Source of the DNA: Clostridiales bacterium
GTDB lineage: Bacteria; Bacillota; Clostridia; Oscillospirales; Oscillospiraceae
DNA length: 64,000 bases
Direction: 5' to 3'
Assembly: GCA_019420945.1 (NCBI GenBank)
Contig: JAHZGF010000003.1
Location: forward strand, 1,288-65,287
The notes below the pieces were generated by a model. The model was not told where the DNA came from, did no database searches, and saw only the letters and a program-made list of their open reading frames with translations. Position 1 is the stretch's first letter, and each line of letters starts with the position of its first letter. Below, piece after piece: positions 27,874 through 36,640 of the stretch. The translations under genes and the position numbers were made by a program.

Positions 27874-30800
27874 TTACAGTCCTCCCAACAGGTAAATACC
27901 AGACTGGCCATCCACATTACGCATACTGTTCATCGTACGGAAACGGTCATTTTCAGTATCACCTTTCAGCAATTCTTTCTCATTTTTCCTGCCTTTATAT
28001 ACGAGGGAACCGGTCGCTGCAATATCCCACGCATCCTGAATATCTTTGAGTTCATCCATGACTGCCGACAATTCATCGGGGTCAACTCTTCTTACATAGT
28101 CTATAATGATTTTCTCAACCTTTTGAATTTCAGGATTGTCAGAGCGGTAATTGATTGCCTGACTGTTTCCTCTGAGGTTCTCGATCAGATAACGGCACAG
28201 GGAAACATATAATGCGTGCAGGCCACGATCTCTTGCACGGTCAGAGAAGGGGGTAAGACTTGTCGCTTCCACATAGCGGTACAACGCAGAATGATACTTC
28301 AGGAACTGCTCATAGTGTGAGCGGTCACGGGAACGGGATGCGTTGTACACAGCAATAACCAATCCGGGATTATCACGGCCCACACGGCTGGTTGCCTGAA
28401 TATACTCTGCATTGGTTTTCGGCTGACCTGCAACAACCATTGCACCCAAACGGCCCACGTCAACACCAACAGAAATCATATTGGATGCCAGCAGATAGTC
28501 AAATACATCCGCATGGTTATCCTTGGTATAGCCGCGTTTTAGCTTGACCTGAATAATCTCTGTGATTTCGGAATTACTCATGCGGCTTGTCAGTTCTTCC
28601 GTATATGTATACCCCTTGGAAGTATCTACACCAGGGTAGACAGACACAAATTTCGTTTTCGCAAGGTAATCCAAACGGCTCTGAACGTCGTCAAGGATCT
28701 GCGTACTTGCACCGCCCAATTCCCGCAAGCTGTTGAAATAACCCGTAATAGTCCAGAAATTATCTACAACTGCATCAGGATATCCCAATGTTGCCAGATA
28801 GCGCGTGGCAAACAGCATGGCTGCATTCACTCTGATCAATGTCGTGGTTGCAGTCGTTCCGATACCCATCACTCCAAAATACTGACGGGCAGGTCTTTCT
28901 TCAGGCGTGGACTGTATAGCAAAGAACGAATCCTTCGCAGAAAGGCCCTGCGGTGGAAACTGCGTGTGACCACGTCCATACAATGCCATGATTTGATTTG
29001 CTGCATTCCGGATGGTTGCGGTGGACGCAATTACTTTTGCGCAAACACCATCGCGCTCACAGAGCTTCGAGATGGCCGCCTCATAGATACCGGTCATCGT
29101 GCCGAGGGGACCGGAAATCAAATGCAGCTCGTCCTGGATAATAAGTTCCGGAGGCTTTTTGTTGTTCGCAATACCAAACAGTGCCGCCGGTTTGTCATTA
29201 AGAGGGATCTGAGCAAATTTATCTACAGTTGCCACAACAAAAGTAGGCAGATGCTGGTAAATAGCATCGTCAATAATATGAATAGGGAGACCGCCCGGCG
29301 CAGAATGGAAATGACAATGCTGATTCGGGCATTTGATTGTCATTCTGTTTTGAACAAGATCAACATCATAATGTTGTGCATAGAGCTTTTCACCGCACCA
29401 GGGACAAACCTTGATTTGCACAGGGTTTGACTTTTCATCAACACCGCCCTGTTTTTGCTTGTTGATGCTGGTTCTTGCATCTTTCAAATGATTGGGGGTA
29501 AGGTTGCCACCAACCCACAATCCAATGGAAATCTCATTTCCACCCAAACCATACTTTTTTCGCAGCAGTTCACATGCAAAAATCAGAATACTGGCTCGTT
29601 CAAACTGCTGGAGCGTCAAAAGCCTAAGTGTATATCGCATAATTACGGTAACCCCATCTGCGTTTGCATCACGAAGTCTGCGCAAAAAGATTACAAAGGC
29701 AGTAATACCTAAATATGCCTCTGTTTTACCACCGCCGGTGGGGAACCACAGCAGATCGACCATCTGTCGATCCGGAACATCCTGTCCGGGATGACCCTTT
29801 GGTTCAATAAAAGAGGTCAGCTCATGCAATACAAATGCCAGCTGGAAAGGATACCAGCTTACTTTGGCAGGGTCAAAAGATTTGCCGTTTTTCAGCAGTG
29901 TTTGCCTCCGTTGGAGCAGCATCGCCTCATTGGCAAGCTGGAAGGCACGGAAAACCTTTCCATCGCCAGCCGCACTGTCTTTCAGCAACTTGATAGCATA
30001 GTTTATTCTGTTGCATGCATCTTGACATTTTTGGATATTACCTTTAGCAACATCCTGCAAACTGTCTTTAACTCCAGACAGGAGATCGCCCTGATCCGTA
30101 ATCCACTTCTGATACTTAGCAGCAAATGCACTCAATTCACGAACGACCTCTTCAACAGATGCGGTAGCCAGAAATTGCATTGACAATACATTTCCACTGA
30201 CCACTTCTGCGGCTTTCATCTGACGGAGATTGAATGTTGGGAAAAATGCAGACTCTACCCATTCAGGCTCGGCATTATCCATATCCCACATAACAGAGCA
30301 TCCGTGTCCCTGCGCATAGCAATGGACATCAGAATACAGCATATCCAATTCCAGAAGTTCCGGATCGGTAGTCAAATATGCCTGCCGGTTTACACTGGTG
30401 AAAACAGCTGTTCCATCACTGCTGCTTACTCTGATGTCGGGCTGAAAAGCACAACACCTGGAGGTGGAGGTCATATCATTTTCGGACTGGTTCTCGTTAA
30501 CCAGTGCAATCGTAATTACACGCTCACCGGAATCCATAATAGAGTGTGTATAAACCTGCAGCTGGAGTCCGTTGGGTAAGTCTGCGTACTCCACCCGTTC
30601 GCCAGTAAATATAACTTTTTCGGCATAAGAATACTCGTTGCGTCGCCAAATTTCTTTGGGCTTCTTTTCTAGATATTCCCATCTGGAGGTATCAATTCCA
30701 CACTCCTTTGCATCATCAAAGGAAATCGGCTCATAGAAGGCATAGCTGCCAGAAATACAAATTGCACCGACACCTGCTTTCAGTGTAACCGTAATACCCA

Positions 30801-31053
30801 TAGAAGAAGGATTATTCTGATTACTCAGAGAAATGGATGCATCATAGGTTTCAATCTCATTTTCCAACAAGGGATTCCGCGCCAGATCCAATGCCTCCAC
30901 AGTATCCTTTTGCGGATACAGTTTGCCCATGATGTAATACTGAACCGGAACTTCAGCAAGGCATTCATCTTTTGTGACAGGTCCAATAAAATCCTGCTCC
31001 AGAATGCAGGATACAACCTCTCTGGCTTCATAGTATTTTGAATAGTCAGCCAT
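27874..31053 (-). CDS. Large SF2 helicase (DrmA-like)
   Basis: A roughly 430-aa N-terminal region of unknown fold is followed by motif I FPTGGGKTEAYLG, motif II IIQDELHLISGPLGT and motif VI QATSRVGRDNPG. The gene immediately precedes the DUF1998 gene. Confidence 0.8.
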   Translation of the reverse strand: MADYSKYYEAREVVSCILEQDFIGPVTKDECLAEVPVQYYIMGKLYPQKDTVEALDLARNPLLENEIETYDASISLSNQNNPSSMGITVTLKAGVGAICISGSYAFYEPISFDDAKECGIDTSRWEYLEKKPKEIWRRNEYSYAEKVIFTGERVEYADLPNGLQLQVYTHSIMDSGERVITIALVNENQSENDMTSTSRCCAFQPDIRVSSSDGTAVFTSVNRQAYLTTDPELLELDMLYSDVHCYAQGHGCSVMWDMDNAEPEWVESAFFPTFNLRQMKAAEVVSGNVLSMQFLATASVEEVVRELSAFAAKYQKWITDQGDLLSGVKDSLQDVAKGNIQKCQDACNRINYAIKLLKDSAAGDGKVFRAFQLANEAMLLQRRQTLLKNGKSFDPAKVSWYPFQLAFVLHELTSFIEPKGHPGQDVPDRQMVDLLWFPTGGGKTEAYLGITAFVIFLRRLRDANADGVTVIMRYTLRLLTLQQFERASILIFACELLRKKYGLGGNEISIGLWVGGNLTPNHLKDARTSINKQKQGGVDEKSNPVQIKVCPWCGEKLYAQHYDVDLVQNRMTIKCPNQHCHFHSAPGGLPIHIIDDAIYQHLPTFVVATVDKFAQIPLNDKPAALFGIANNKKPPELIIQDELHLISGPLGTMTGIYEAAISKLCERDGVCAKVIASTATIRNAANQIMALYGRGHTQFPPQGLSAKDSFFAIQSTPEERPARQYFGVMGIGTTATTTLIRVNAAMLFATRYLATLGYPDAVVDNFWTITGYFNSLRELGGASTQILDDVQSRLDYLAKTKFVSVYPGVDTSKGYTYTEELTSRMSNSEITEIIQVKLKRGYTKDNHADVFDYLLASNMISVGVDVGRLGAMVVAGQPKTNAEYIQATSRVGRDNPGLVIAVYNASRSRDRSHYEQFLKYHSALYRYVEATSLTPFSDRARDRGLHALYVSLCRYLIENLRGNSQAINYRSDNPEIQKVEKIIIDYVRRVDPDELSAVMDELKDIQDAWDIAATGSLVYKGRKNEKELLKGDTENDRFRTMNSMRNVDGQSGIYLLGGL

Positions 31054-31077
31054 AGCAAAACCTCCGGTTCTGTATAA

Positions 31078-33546
31078 TTAGTATGTGTCTTTGTCAACTG
31101 CTGCAAACCCTGTGATGGTTATGCCAGACCAAATACTGACATCTCCAAAGGTCTTTGCACCTGCGGGAACAGGGGCTATTCCAGACACACACGTTGTAAT
31201 GTTGTGGACATACACATCACAAAATGCATGAGGATATACCTCATAATACACCGAGCAATTCATATTTTTTATATGCTGAATTGCCTTTTCCAGTTCATGC
31301 GCAAAAGATTTGCTGGTATAGCCCAGTACAAGCTTTTCGTTGTCTTCCAGCACAATTCGATAAACAACATAGGGTTTTGTTCCTTCCGGACATTTAAGCA
31401 GTTTCAATCTCATTCCAGAATGAACACTCTTCCGGATATACTGCTGAAGCCTATTGTCGGCAGCGAAAGAGCGCAGATCCAGGTCGGCATCACTGCCAAC
31501 CTCGAAATGAGAAATATACCTTTTAAAGCCACCGGCTTTCGCACATCGTTTGCTCTGATCGTCATTCCTTGTAATGTAGATCTGTTTATCCTTCTTGGAT
31601 ATCTCGGCTCTTTCTACCTTTTTCTTTGGCCGTGTCAATGCAACATAACATACCTTATGTTCCAAAAGGTCTTCTGTATCGGGATCTGCCATTGCCTCAA
31701 TCACATCGTCAATGACAATCACAGAGTCAAATTCCTTGCCCTTTGCCCGATGAATGTTACTGACCGTAATAGAGTACTTGGCCCCCGTTCCGGATTCATA
31801 CAGCATTGGCTCCTTGGCATTCCTCAAGAGGCCTTTCAGCAGATCTGCAACCTCATATCTCTTCCGCGCTTCACCACGCTGTGTTGAAACAAGAGCCGTC
31901 CACCGCATATGTGCCATTTCGTATCCAGCCTCCGGAAACAAAGCAAGATGGTTTGACACAAAGGCAGTTTCATCAATAGATTCGTTTTCGTAGCCACAGA
32001 ATATACGGGCAATCCAGTCGCCCAGCGTCGGAGACCCCAGGCCACGGTGCAGAGTATGCGGAACATCCGCATTTTGGAGCCATGCAGAGATCTGCAATGC
32101 CTGTCCATTTGTGCGGGTAAGAATACCCAATGTCTCACCCTGACCGACATATCGCAGTGCATCGTCCCTTGAAAACTTGGTCAGTTTTACAGGCATCCGG
32201 GGAATGTGTGTCAACAAATCTTTCGCTGCAGAAACCCGTTCCGTGGTGGAACCAGTAAGGATTGCCTTCCGGTATGGGACAGTCAACTGCCCAAAGGTAT
32301 CACCCTGGCGGTGATTCTCTGTTAGTGCGTAATAATTGGCACTGGGGAAACTTTCGAAAATGTCTTGATAGAATTGCTCAGAGGACATAATCGCAGGATC
32401 GCCTTCTGCCATATAGTCGTACAAAGCCTGGCAAGAATCACCCAAAATCGTAAAACCACAAGTGTCAGGGAGGCCTTTCAGCATTGCCAGAACCAACTCT
32501 GCCCGGCTACCAACAAGATCTTGAACCTCGTCGACGATGATATGCTCATAATCAGCCAGCATATCTTTTTTCTTTTTGAAAATAGATGTTGCAACTTTTA
32601 TGCGCTGATCATAGTCATATGCTTCCAGAAGAAAATGTTTGGGAAGCAAATCCGTATGATTGTCCTGCACCCATGCCAGCATATATGTAGAGAAGGAGTC
32701 AAATGTACGAACATCTACATCCTGCCACTCATAACCGATGCGCCCATTCTCGGCAGCATCAGAGAGTCTGCTTCGTACAACCTCCACAGCGGAGCGAGAG
32801 AAACACAGAACCAGGATATTCTCTGCATTAGCCTGCTCCTCGTTGATCATATGGATGATTTTTTCAATCAAGGTCCATGTCTTGCCCGTGCCGGGGCCAG
32901 CATTTACGATGCTGCGCTCTGCAGGTTCCGCTTCAATGATTTCGTCCTGTGTGGTTTCTTTAAAGGAACTGAAATCGATTTTCTTGACTTCCGCAGGCTG
33001 GGACACCGGCTGAACGGGTTTCCGGACAACGAACGGAGCGTCCGGTTTTTTCTCCGCAGGAGTTGGAGTCCCCGATTCTCCAGCATGCTTCTGTTCCGGG
33101 GTGTCTCCTGCAAACAGTTTCGCTGCCGCTCCGGCATCTCCATCTTCTGGTGCACGCTTCTTTCGTGCAGCTTCTTCAAATTCAAAAATTGCCGGTTGAG
33201 CCCTTTTGTTCTCCTCATGTATTGCTAACTCGGAAGGATCAAAATCGGGACGGCAACTATGAAAGTGGCCGCATTTCGTGTTAAGGCACCTGCAGACGAC
33301 CTGCTCATGCCCCTGCTGGTCTCTAATTGTTCCCCAGGGATAGTCATTATTTGCAGCGTATGCGCAGTGAACCGATGCATAATCGTATTCTTTCTTCTGA
33401 AGGCTCGTCAATGCACATTGTTTTTTGAGAATCTCCAGCGAAAATGGGTCATGTATTTTGGAGCGGAACGTAGAGTCCTCATAAAAACTCTTTTCTACAG
33501 GATACAAATTGCTTCGGAACGCTACAGTACTGATATTACTCTCCAT
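31078..33546 (-). CDS. UvrD-like SF1 helicase with an N-terminal Cys/His cluster and an extra C-terminal domain
   Basis: The N-terminal cluster is CRCLNTKCGHFHSC. Walker A is NAGPGTGKT, Walker B is IIVDEVQDL, and ENHRQ and HRAKGKEFDSVIVID...VALTRPKK are also present. The start overlaps the Hsp70-like gene stop by 11 nt. Confidence 0.8.
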   Translation of the reverse strand: MESNISTVAFRSNLYPVEKSFYEDSTFRSKIHDPFSLEILKKQCALTSLQKKEYDYASVHCAYAANNDYPWGTIRDQQGHEQVVCRCLNTKCGHFHSCRPDFDPSELAIHEENKRAQPAIFEFEEAARKKRAPEDGDAGAAAKLFAGDTPEQKHAGESGTPTPAEKKPDAPFVVRKPVQPVSQPAEVKKIDFSSFKETTQDEIIEAEPAERSIVNAGPGTGKTWTLIEKIIHMINEEQANAENILVLCFSRSAVEVVRSRLSDAAENGRIGYEWQDVDVRTFDSFSTYMLAWVQDNHTDLLPKHFLLEAYDYDQRIKVATSIFKKKKDMLADYEHIIVDEVQDLVGSRAELVLAMLKGLPDTCGFTILGDSCQALYDYMAEGDPAIMSSEQFYQDIFESFPSANYYALTENHRQGDTFGQLTVPYRKAILTGSTTERVSAAKDLLTHIPRMPVKLTKFSRDDALRYVGQGETLGILTRTNGQALQISAWLQNADVPHTLHRGLGSPTLGDWIARIFCGYENESIDETAFVSNHLALFPEAGYEMAHMRWTALVSTQRGEARKRYEVADLLKGLLRNAKEPMLYESGTGAKYSITVSNIHRAKGKEFDSVIVIDDVIEAMADPDTEDLLEHKVCYVALTRPKKKVERAEISKKDKQIYITRNDDQSKRCAKAGGFKRYISHFEVGSDADLDLRSFAADNRLQQYIRKSVHSGMRLKLLKCPEGTKPYVVYRIVLEDNEKLVLGYTSKSFAHELEKAIQHIKNMNCSVYYEVYPHAFCDVYVHNITTCVSGIAPVPAGAKTFGDVSIWSGITITGFAAVDKDTY

Positions 33547-35002
33547 GCTGCACCTGCTTTCCAGGCAGCTTATAATAGCACTTCAACTGTGTGTATTCCC
33601 ACAGCCGCCGGAACTCTGCGGGCTGCATATTACTTCCGGCAACAACGGTGAACACCATATTCTGATCAACAGAAGCATTGAGTACAATCTGCTCCTGAAG
33701 GAAACGATACGCAGGGACCGAAAGTGTCTTATATCTTTCCGGAGAGGCCTCGATATCAGGACTTCCACCAAAAACAAAACGGGCTTCCTTGCTGGAATCC
33801 ACGATTCCGAAATGGCATGTATGCTCCCATCCACGAATTGGAGTATCCGGCTTCAGAATTTCGTAGTATGCATTGTCACTCAGAACGATACCAATAGACT
33901 GATTGGCATAATAACCACCGGGAGTCATTGCCAGCATAGCAGCACCCTGGCCGACATTCCACATGGTTTCTTCCGGGAAAAACAGCTTGTCTCCATACTT
34001 GTCATCCATCTTCTCCAACAGAGGACGCAAATTGCTGCTACCGCCCACCATAACGATCCGATCAATATTGGCAAGTCCAACTCCCGACTGACGGATAGCT
34101 TCCTCCAGACAGTCCATCGCCATCGTGACTTCTGGATCTACAATGTCAGCAAACCAGTCATATTCCAATGTTTCACGGCAGGCACCATACACGCCATAAT
34201 TATTGATAGAAATCGTGGCGGTATCATCATCGCCCAGCATGCGTTTTGCACGCTCGGCACGAACCCGCATCATATCCTGGGCGCTGGACGGCATATCTGC
34301 GAATGCCATCTCAACACCATTTTTACGGGCAATTTTTGCATGAATTCGCTTGGCAATTTTATCATCGATATAGTCACCGGCAATGCCTCTTCCGACTGTT
34401 GCCAATTCAGATACTTTTCCATTGACATGCTGAAGAATGGATACATCCAGCGTGCCACCGCCCCAGTCAAAAATCGCAACAACAGAAGAACTTTTCAGTT
34501 CATCATAGTTTGCAAAAAAGGCCGCAGTGGGTTCACTGATAAAAGAACTAATATGAATACCGGCTTTCTTTGCTGCTTCACGCAGTTTGGCACGCTTTGA
34601 TGCGCTGAAGCCAACGGGGATCGCAACAGTTGCCTCTTCCATGTCAATTCCGGTACGATTATGGACATTGGCTTTCAGATGCTTAAAAACCTCGCTGGCC
34701 ACATCGACAGCAGTCCATTCACGGCCTGCAATTGTTTTTATCCGCTCAGAATCCAGAATGGTCTTAACCGATGAGATATACTCACAGGATTCGCTCAGCT
34801 CCATCTTTTTATCCCATGCATCCCGGCCAGCGAATACAACGCCTGTGGTTTTATCAATCGCAACAACGGACGGGATCGGACGTCCTTCTCCATCGCCGTA
34901 TTTAACGGCTTCCGGCTTTTGATCCATCACCACATATCCAACAGTTGCACTGTTGGTTGTGCCGAAGTCAATGCCAAAATAATATTTCAATCCTGTTGCC
35001 AC
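33536..35002 (-). CDS. Hsp70-family ATPase (DnaK-like nucleotide-binding domain with a short divergent C-terminal domain)
   Basis: Phosphate-1 is YFGIDFGTTNSA, phosphate-2 is IFDWGGGTLDVSI and the adenosine motif is IVMVGGSSNLRP. At 488 aa the protein is shorter than canonical DnaK. The start is GTG after GAGGTGA. Confidence 0.85.
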   Translation of the reverse strand: MATGLKYYFGIDFGTTNSATVGYVVMDQKPEAVKYGDGEGRPIPSVVAIDKTTGVVFAGRDAWDKKMELSESCEYISSVKTILDSERIKTIAGREWTAVDVASEVFKHLKANVHNRTGIDMEEATVAIPVGFSASKRAKLREAAKKAGIHISSFISEPTAAFFANYDELKSSSVVAIFDWGGGTLDVSILQHVNGKVSELATVGRGIAGDYIDDKIAKRIHAKIARKNGVEMAFADMPSSAQDMMRVRAERAKRMLGDDDTATISINNYGVYGACRETLEYDWFADIVDPEVTMAMDCLEEAIRQSGVGLANIDRIVMVGGSSNLRPLLEKMDDKYGDKLFFPEETMWNVGQGAAMLAMTPGGYYANQSIGIVLSDNAYYEILKPDTPIRGWEHTCHFGIVDSSKEARFVFGGSPDIEASPERYKTLSVPAYRFLQEQIVLNASVDQNMVFTVVAGSNMQPAEFRRLWEYTQLKCYYKLPGKQVQHGE

Positions 35003-35013
35003 GGTTTTTCACC

Positions 35014-36300
35014 TCACTTAATTTTCATGCCGCCTTTTTCCAGTATATCGAAGATACTCTGAAGCTGGAGCCTCAGGTTCTCACCCAAATCACAGCTCAT
35101 AGGCACATCCAACGCATCCACAAAATCCCGATATTCGATGCGAATCTTGGATGCCAGTTTTTGAAGCAACTCGTCAGCCTGTTTACTTCTGTCCCGACTG
35201 AGAACCTCTGCCATTTTAACTCTTTCTGCTATTTCTGCATCTTTTTCGGCGATAACTGCATCTTTTTGCTTCACCGCCTGTCTCAGCGCAAAGATATCAC
35301 CTTCAGTGGCAGACAGTTTCTTCCTTAATTCAGTGATAGTATCCTGTAGATCTGCTATCTGTTGATTAGCTCCCTGAAGTTTATTTTGTTCTCCTTCCAG
35401 AGCTTGGGTCAGTGCATCAATTTTAACCCTCTGCTGTGTACTCTCGGCCTTGACAACGGTTGTAACTTTAGCAGCTTTCCCAAGCAACTCAGTAAGATAT
35501 GCTATCATGTCTGCGGGAACCTTTTCCTCAGGCTGAGCAACGACCACTCTCGGTGTTTGAACTTTCTCTTCCTGGGAATTGTCTGCAACAGATATGGTCT
35601 TCGCTTTTTCTTCTGTAATTGTTGTTGCCTCAGGGATTACTTGATCAGTCTTTGTGTCTGCACTGACCCTTTGGGAAATATCATAATCAGCAAACCACTT
35701 GCGAATCTTCGCAATATTTTTTACAACAACCCCTTTTGCTGAACCAGCATTTTCAATGCCATCCATTATGGAAGAAACAAGCGCTACAAACTCGTTAATG
35801 AATACCGGTTTGGTTCCAATATCTGCAAGAGGACATAGCTCCGCATCCGGTCGCAGTTCCGCCAGGAAATACTTCTCCAATGTTTTCTCAGCCGTGCCGA
35901 GCCGTTTTTTATCTTTATTAACACATGCACCCGGCAACCGCTTAATTATGGGCGCCAGTATATTCCTGGGAGCATTGTTATTAAGCATCAACGCAAGCAA
36001 ATGTGTCACCAAGCGGAAAGATACATTGCTGTCAATACCGTAGTATTTTCCGCTGAACATTGTTGCCAGTGTTGCATTTTGATCTTCCGTTTGAATCAAA
36101 TAGGCATAGAAAGGTTCTGCTCCACAGAAAGCAAATCCTTCATACAAAAACTGTTCGGCGCGACCGACCAAACCTGTATCCGCCACAAGGCTAAGCCATG
36201 CGCTGCGAAAAGCTTCTTTTTCCTTAATTGTAGGCTCTTTCTTTTTCTTTTCTTTTTTTACCTTCATCAACGCATCAAGCGTTTCAACGTATTTATCCAT
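35014..36300 (-). CDS. Hypothetical protein with a long C-terminal coiled coil (possible GrpE-like tail)
   Basis: The ORF has a GGAGG RBS at the chosen ATG (MDKYVETL); the longest ORF starts at 36345. The C-terminal ~130 aa are heptad-rich (QNKLQGANQQIADLQDTITELRKKL...) and end in GENLRLQLQSIFDILEKGGMKI. No family was recognised for the N-terminal half. Confidence 0.6.
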   Translation of the reverse strand: MDKYVETLDALMKVKKEKKKKEPTIKEKEAFRSAWLSLVADTGLVGRAEQFLYEGFAFCGAEPFYAYLIQTEDQNATLATMFSGKYYGIDSNVSFRLVTHLLALMLNNNAPRNILAPIIKRLPGACVNKDKKRLGTAEKTLEKYFLAELRPDAELCPLADIGTKPVFINEFVALVSSIMDGIENAGSAKGVVVKNIAKIRKWFADYDISQRVSADTKTDQVIPEATTITEEKAKTISVADNSQEEKVQTPRVVVAQPEEKVPADMIAYLTELLGKAAKVTTVVKAESTQQRVKIDALTQALEGEQNKLQGANQQIADLQDTITELRKKLSATEGDIFALRQAVKQKDAVIAEKDAEIAERVKMAEVLSRDRSKQADELLQKLASKIRIEYRDFVDALDVPMSCDLGENLRLQLQSIFDILEKGGMKIK

Positions 36301-36359
36301 GATGATTCCTCCATCAATTATCATTTTATTGCATTTTCTGTCCAATAAACCATCTATAT

Positions 36360-36572
36360 TCAGACTTCCGAATTCTTTATATACTCCACAATATCCCCAA
36401 AATCCGTATCCAGAGTGTCGCAGATTTTTTCCAGCACACCCATGGCCACAGGTTCGTCCCTGCGGAGTTTTGTCATGGTATTGGGGGCCAGTCCGGCAGC
36501 CTTGCGCAAATCGGCTTTGCTCATCTTTCTGTCAATCAACAACTTCCACAGTCTGTTATACGAAACGGCCAT
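36360..36572 (-). CDS. XRE-family HTH regulator (COG3655/YozG-like), first gene of the defence operon
   Basis: The sequence SYNRLWKLLIDRKMSKADLRKAAGLAPNTMTKLRRDEPVAMGVLEKICDTLDTDFGDIVEY fits the family. An AGGAGG RBS lies 8 nt upstream. Confidence 0.8.
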   Translation of the reverse strand: MAVSYNRLWKLLIDRKMSKADLRKAAGLAPNTMTKLRRDEPVAMGVLEKICDTLDTDFGDIVEYIKNSEV

Positions 36573-36603
36573 ATAGGAAACCTCCTGACAACATTACAAG
36601 TAT

Positions 36604-36640
36604 ACAAAATAATTATATCACATTTTGTCAGAGTTTTCAA
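36604..36640 (-). promoter_or_regulatory. Sigma-A-type promoter with a palindromic operator for the defence operon
   Basis: On the minus strand the promoter reads TTGAAA-17 nt-TATAAT with TGn extended -10. The -10 sits inside the dyad ACAAAAT-N11-ATTTTGT (36604-36628). A second dyad, CTGACAA/TTGTCAG (36585-36591 / 36625-36631), brackets the start region. Confidence 0.5.

Noticed and set aside
33509-34600. A 363-aa plus-strand ORF lies antisense to the Hsp70-like gene. Other plus-strand ORFs inside the defence operon include 28966-29430, 31204-31887 and 32365-33228.
   Set aside because: None has an RBS or a recognisable motif. All are nested within minus-strand genes that have strong family signatures. 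Their composition is typical of antisense translation.
22526-36572. I considered calling the operon a plain, already described class 2 DISARM system.
   Set aside because: The DrmA-like, DrmB-like and m5C-MTase core fits. However, I found no PLD (HxK) nuclease, and four additional co-oriented, coupled genes (Hsp70-like, coiled-coil, UvrD-like, NERD-helicase) are not part of the published gene set as I remember it. It is kept as 'DISARM-like, extended' pending profile searches.
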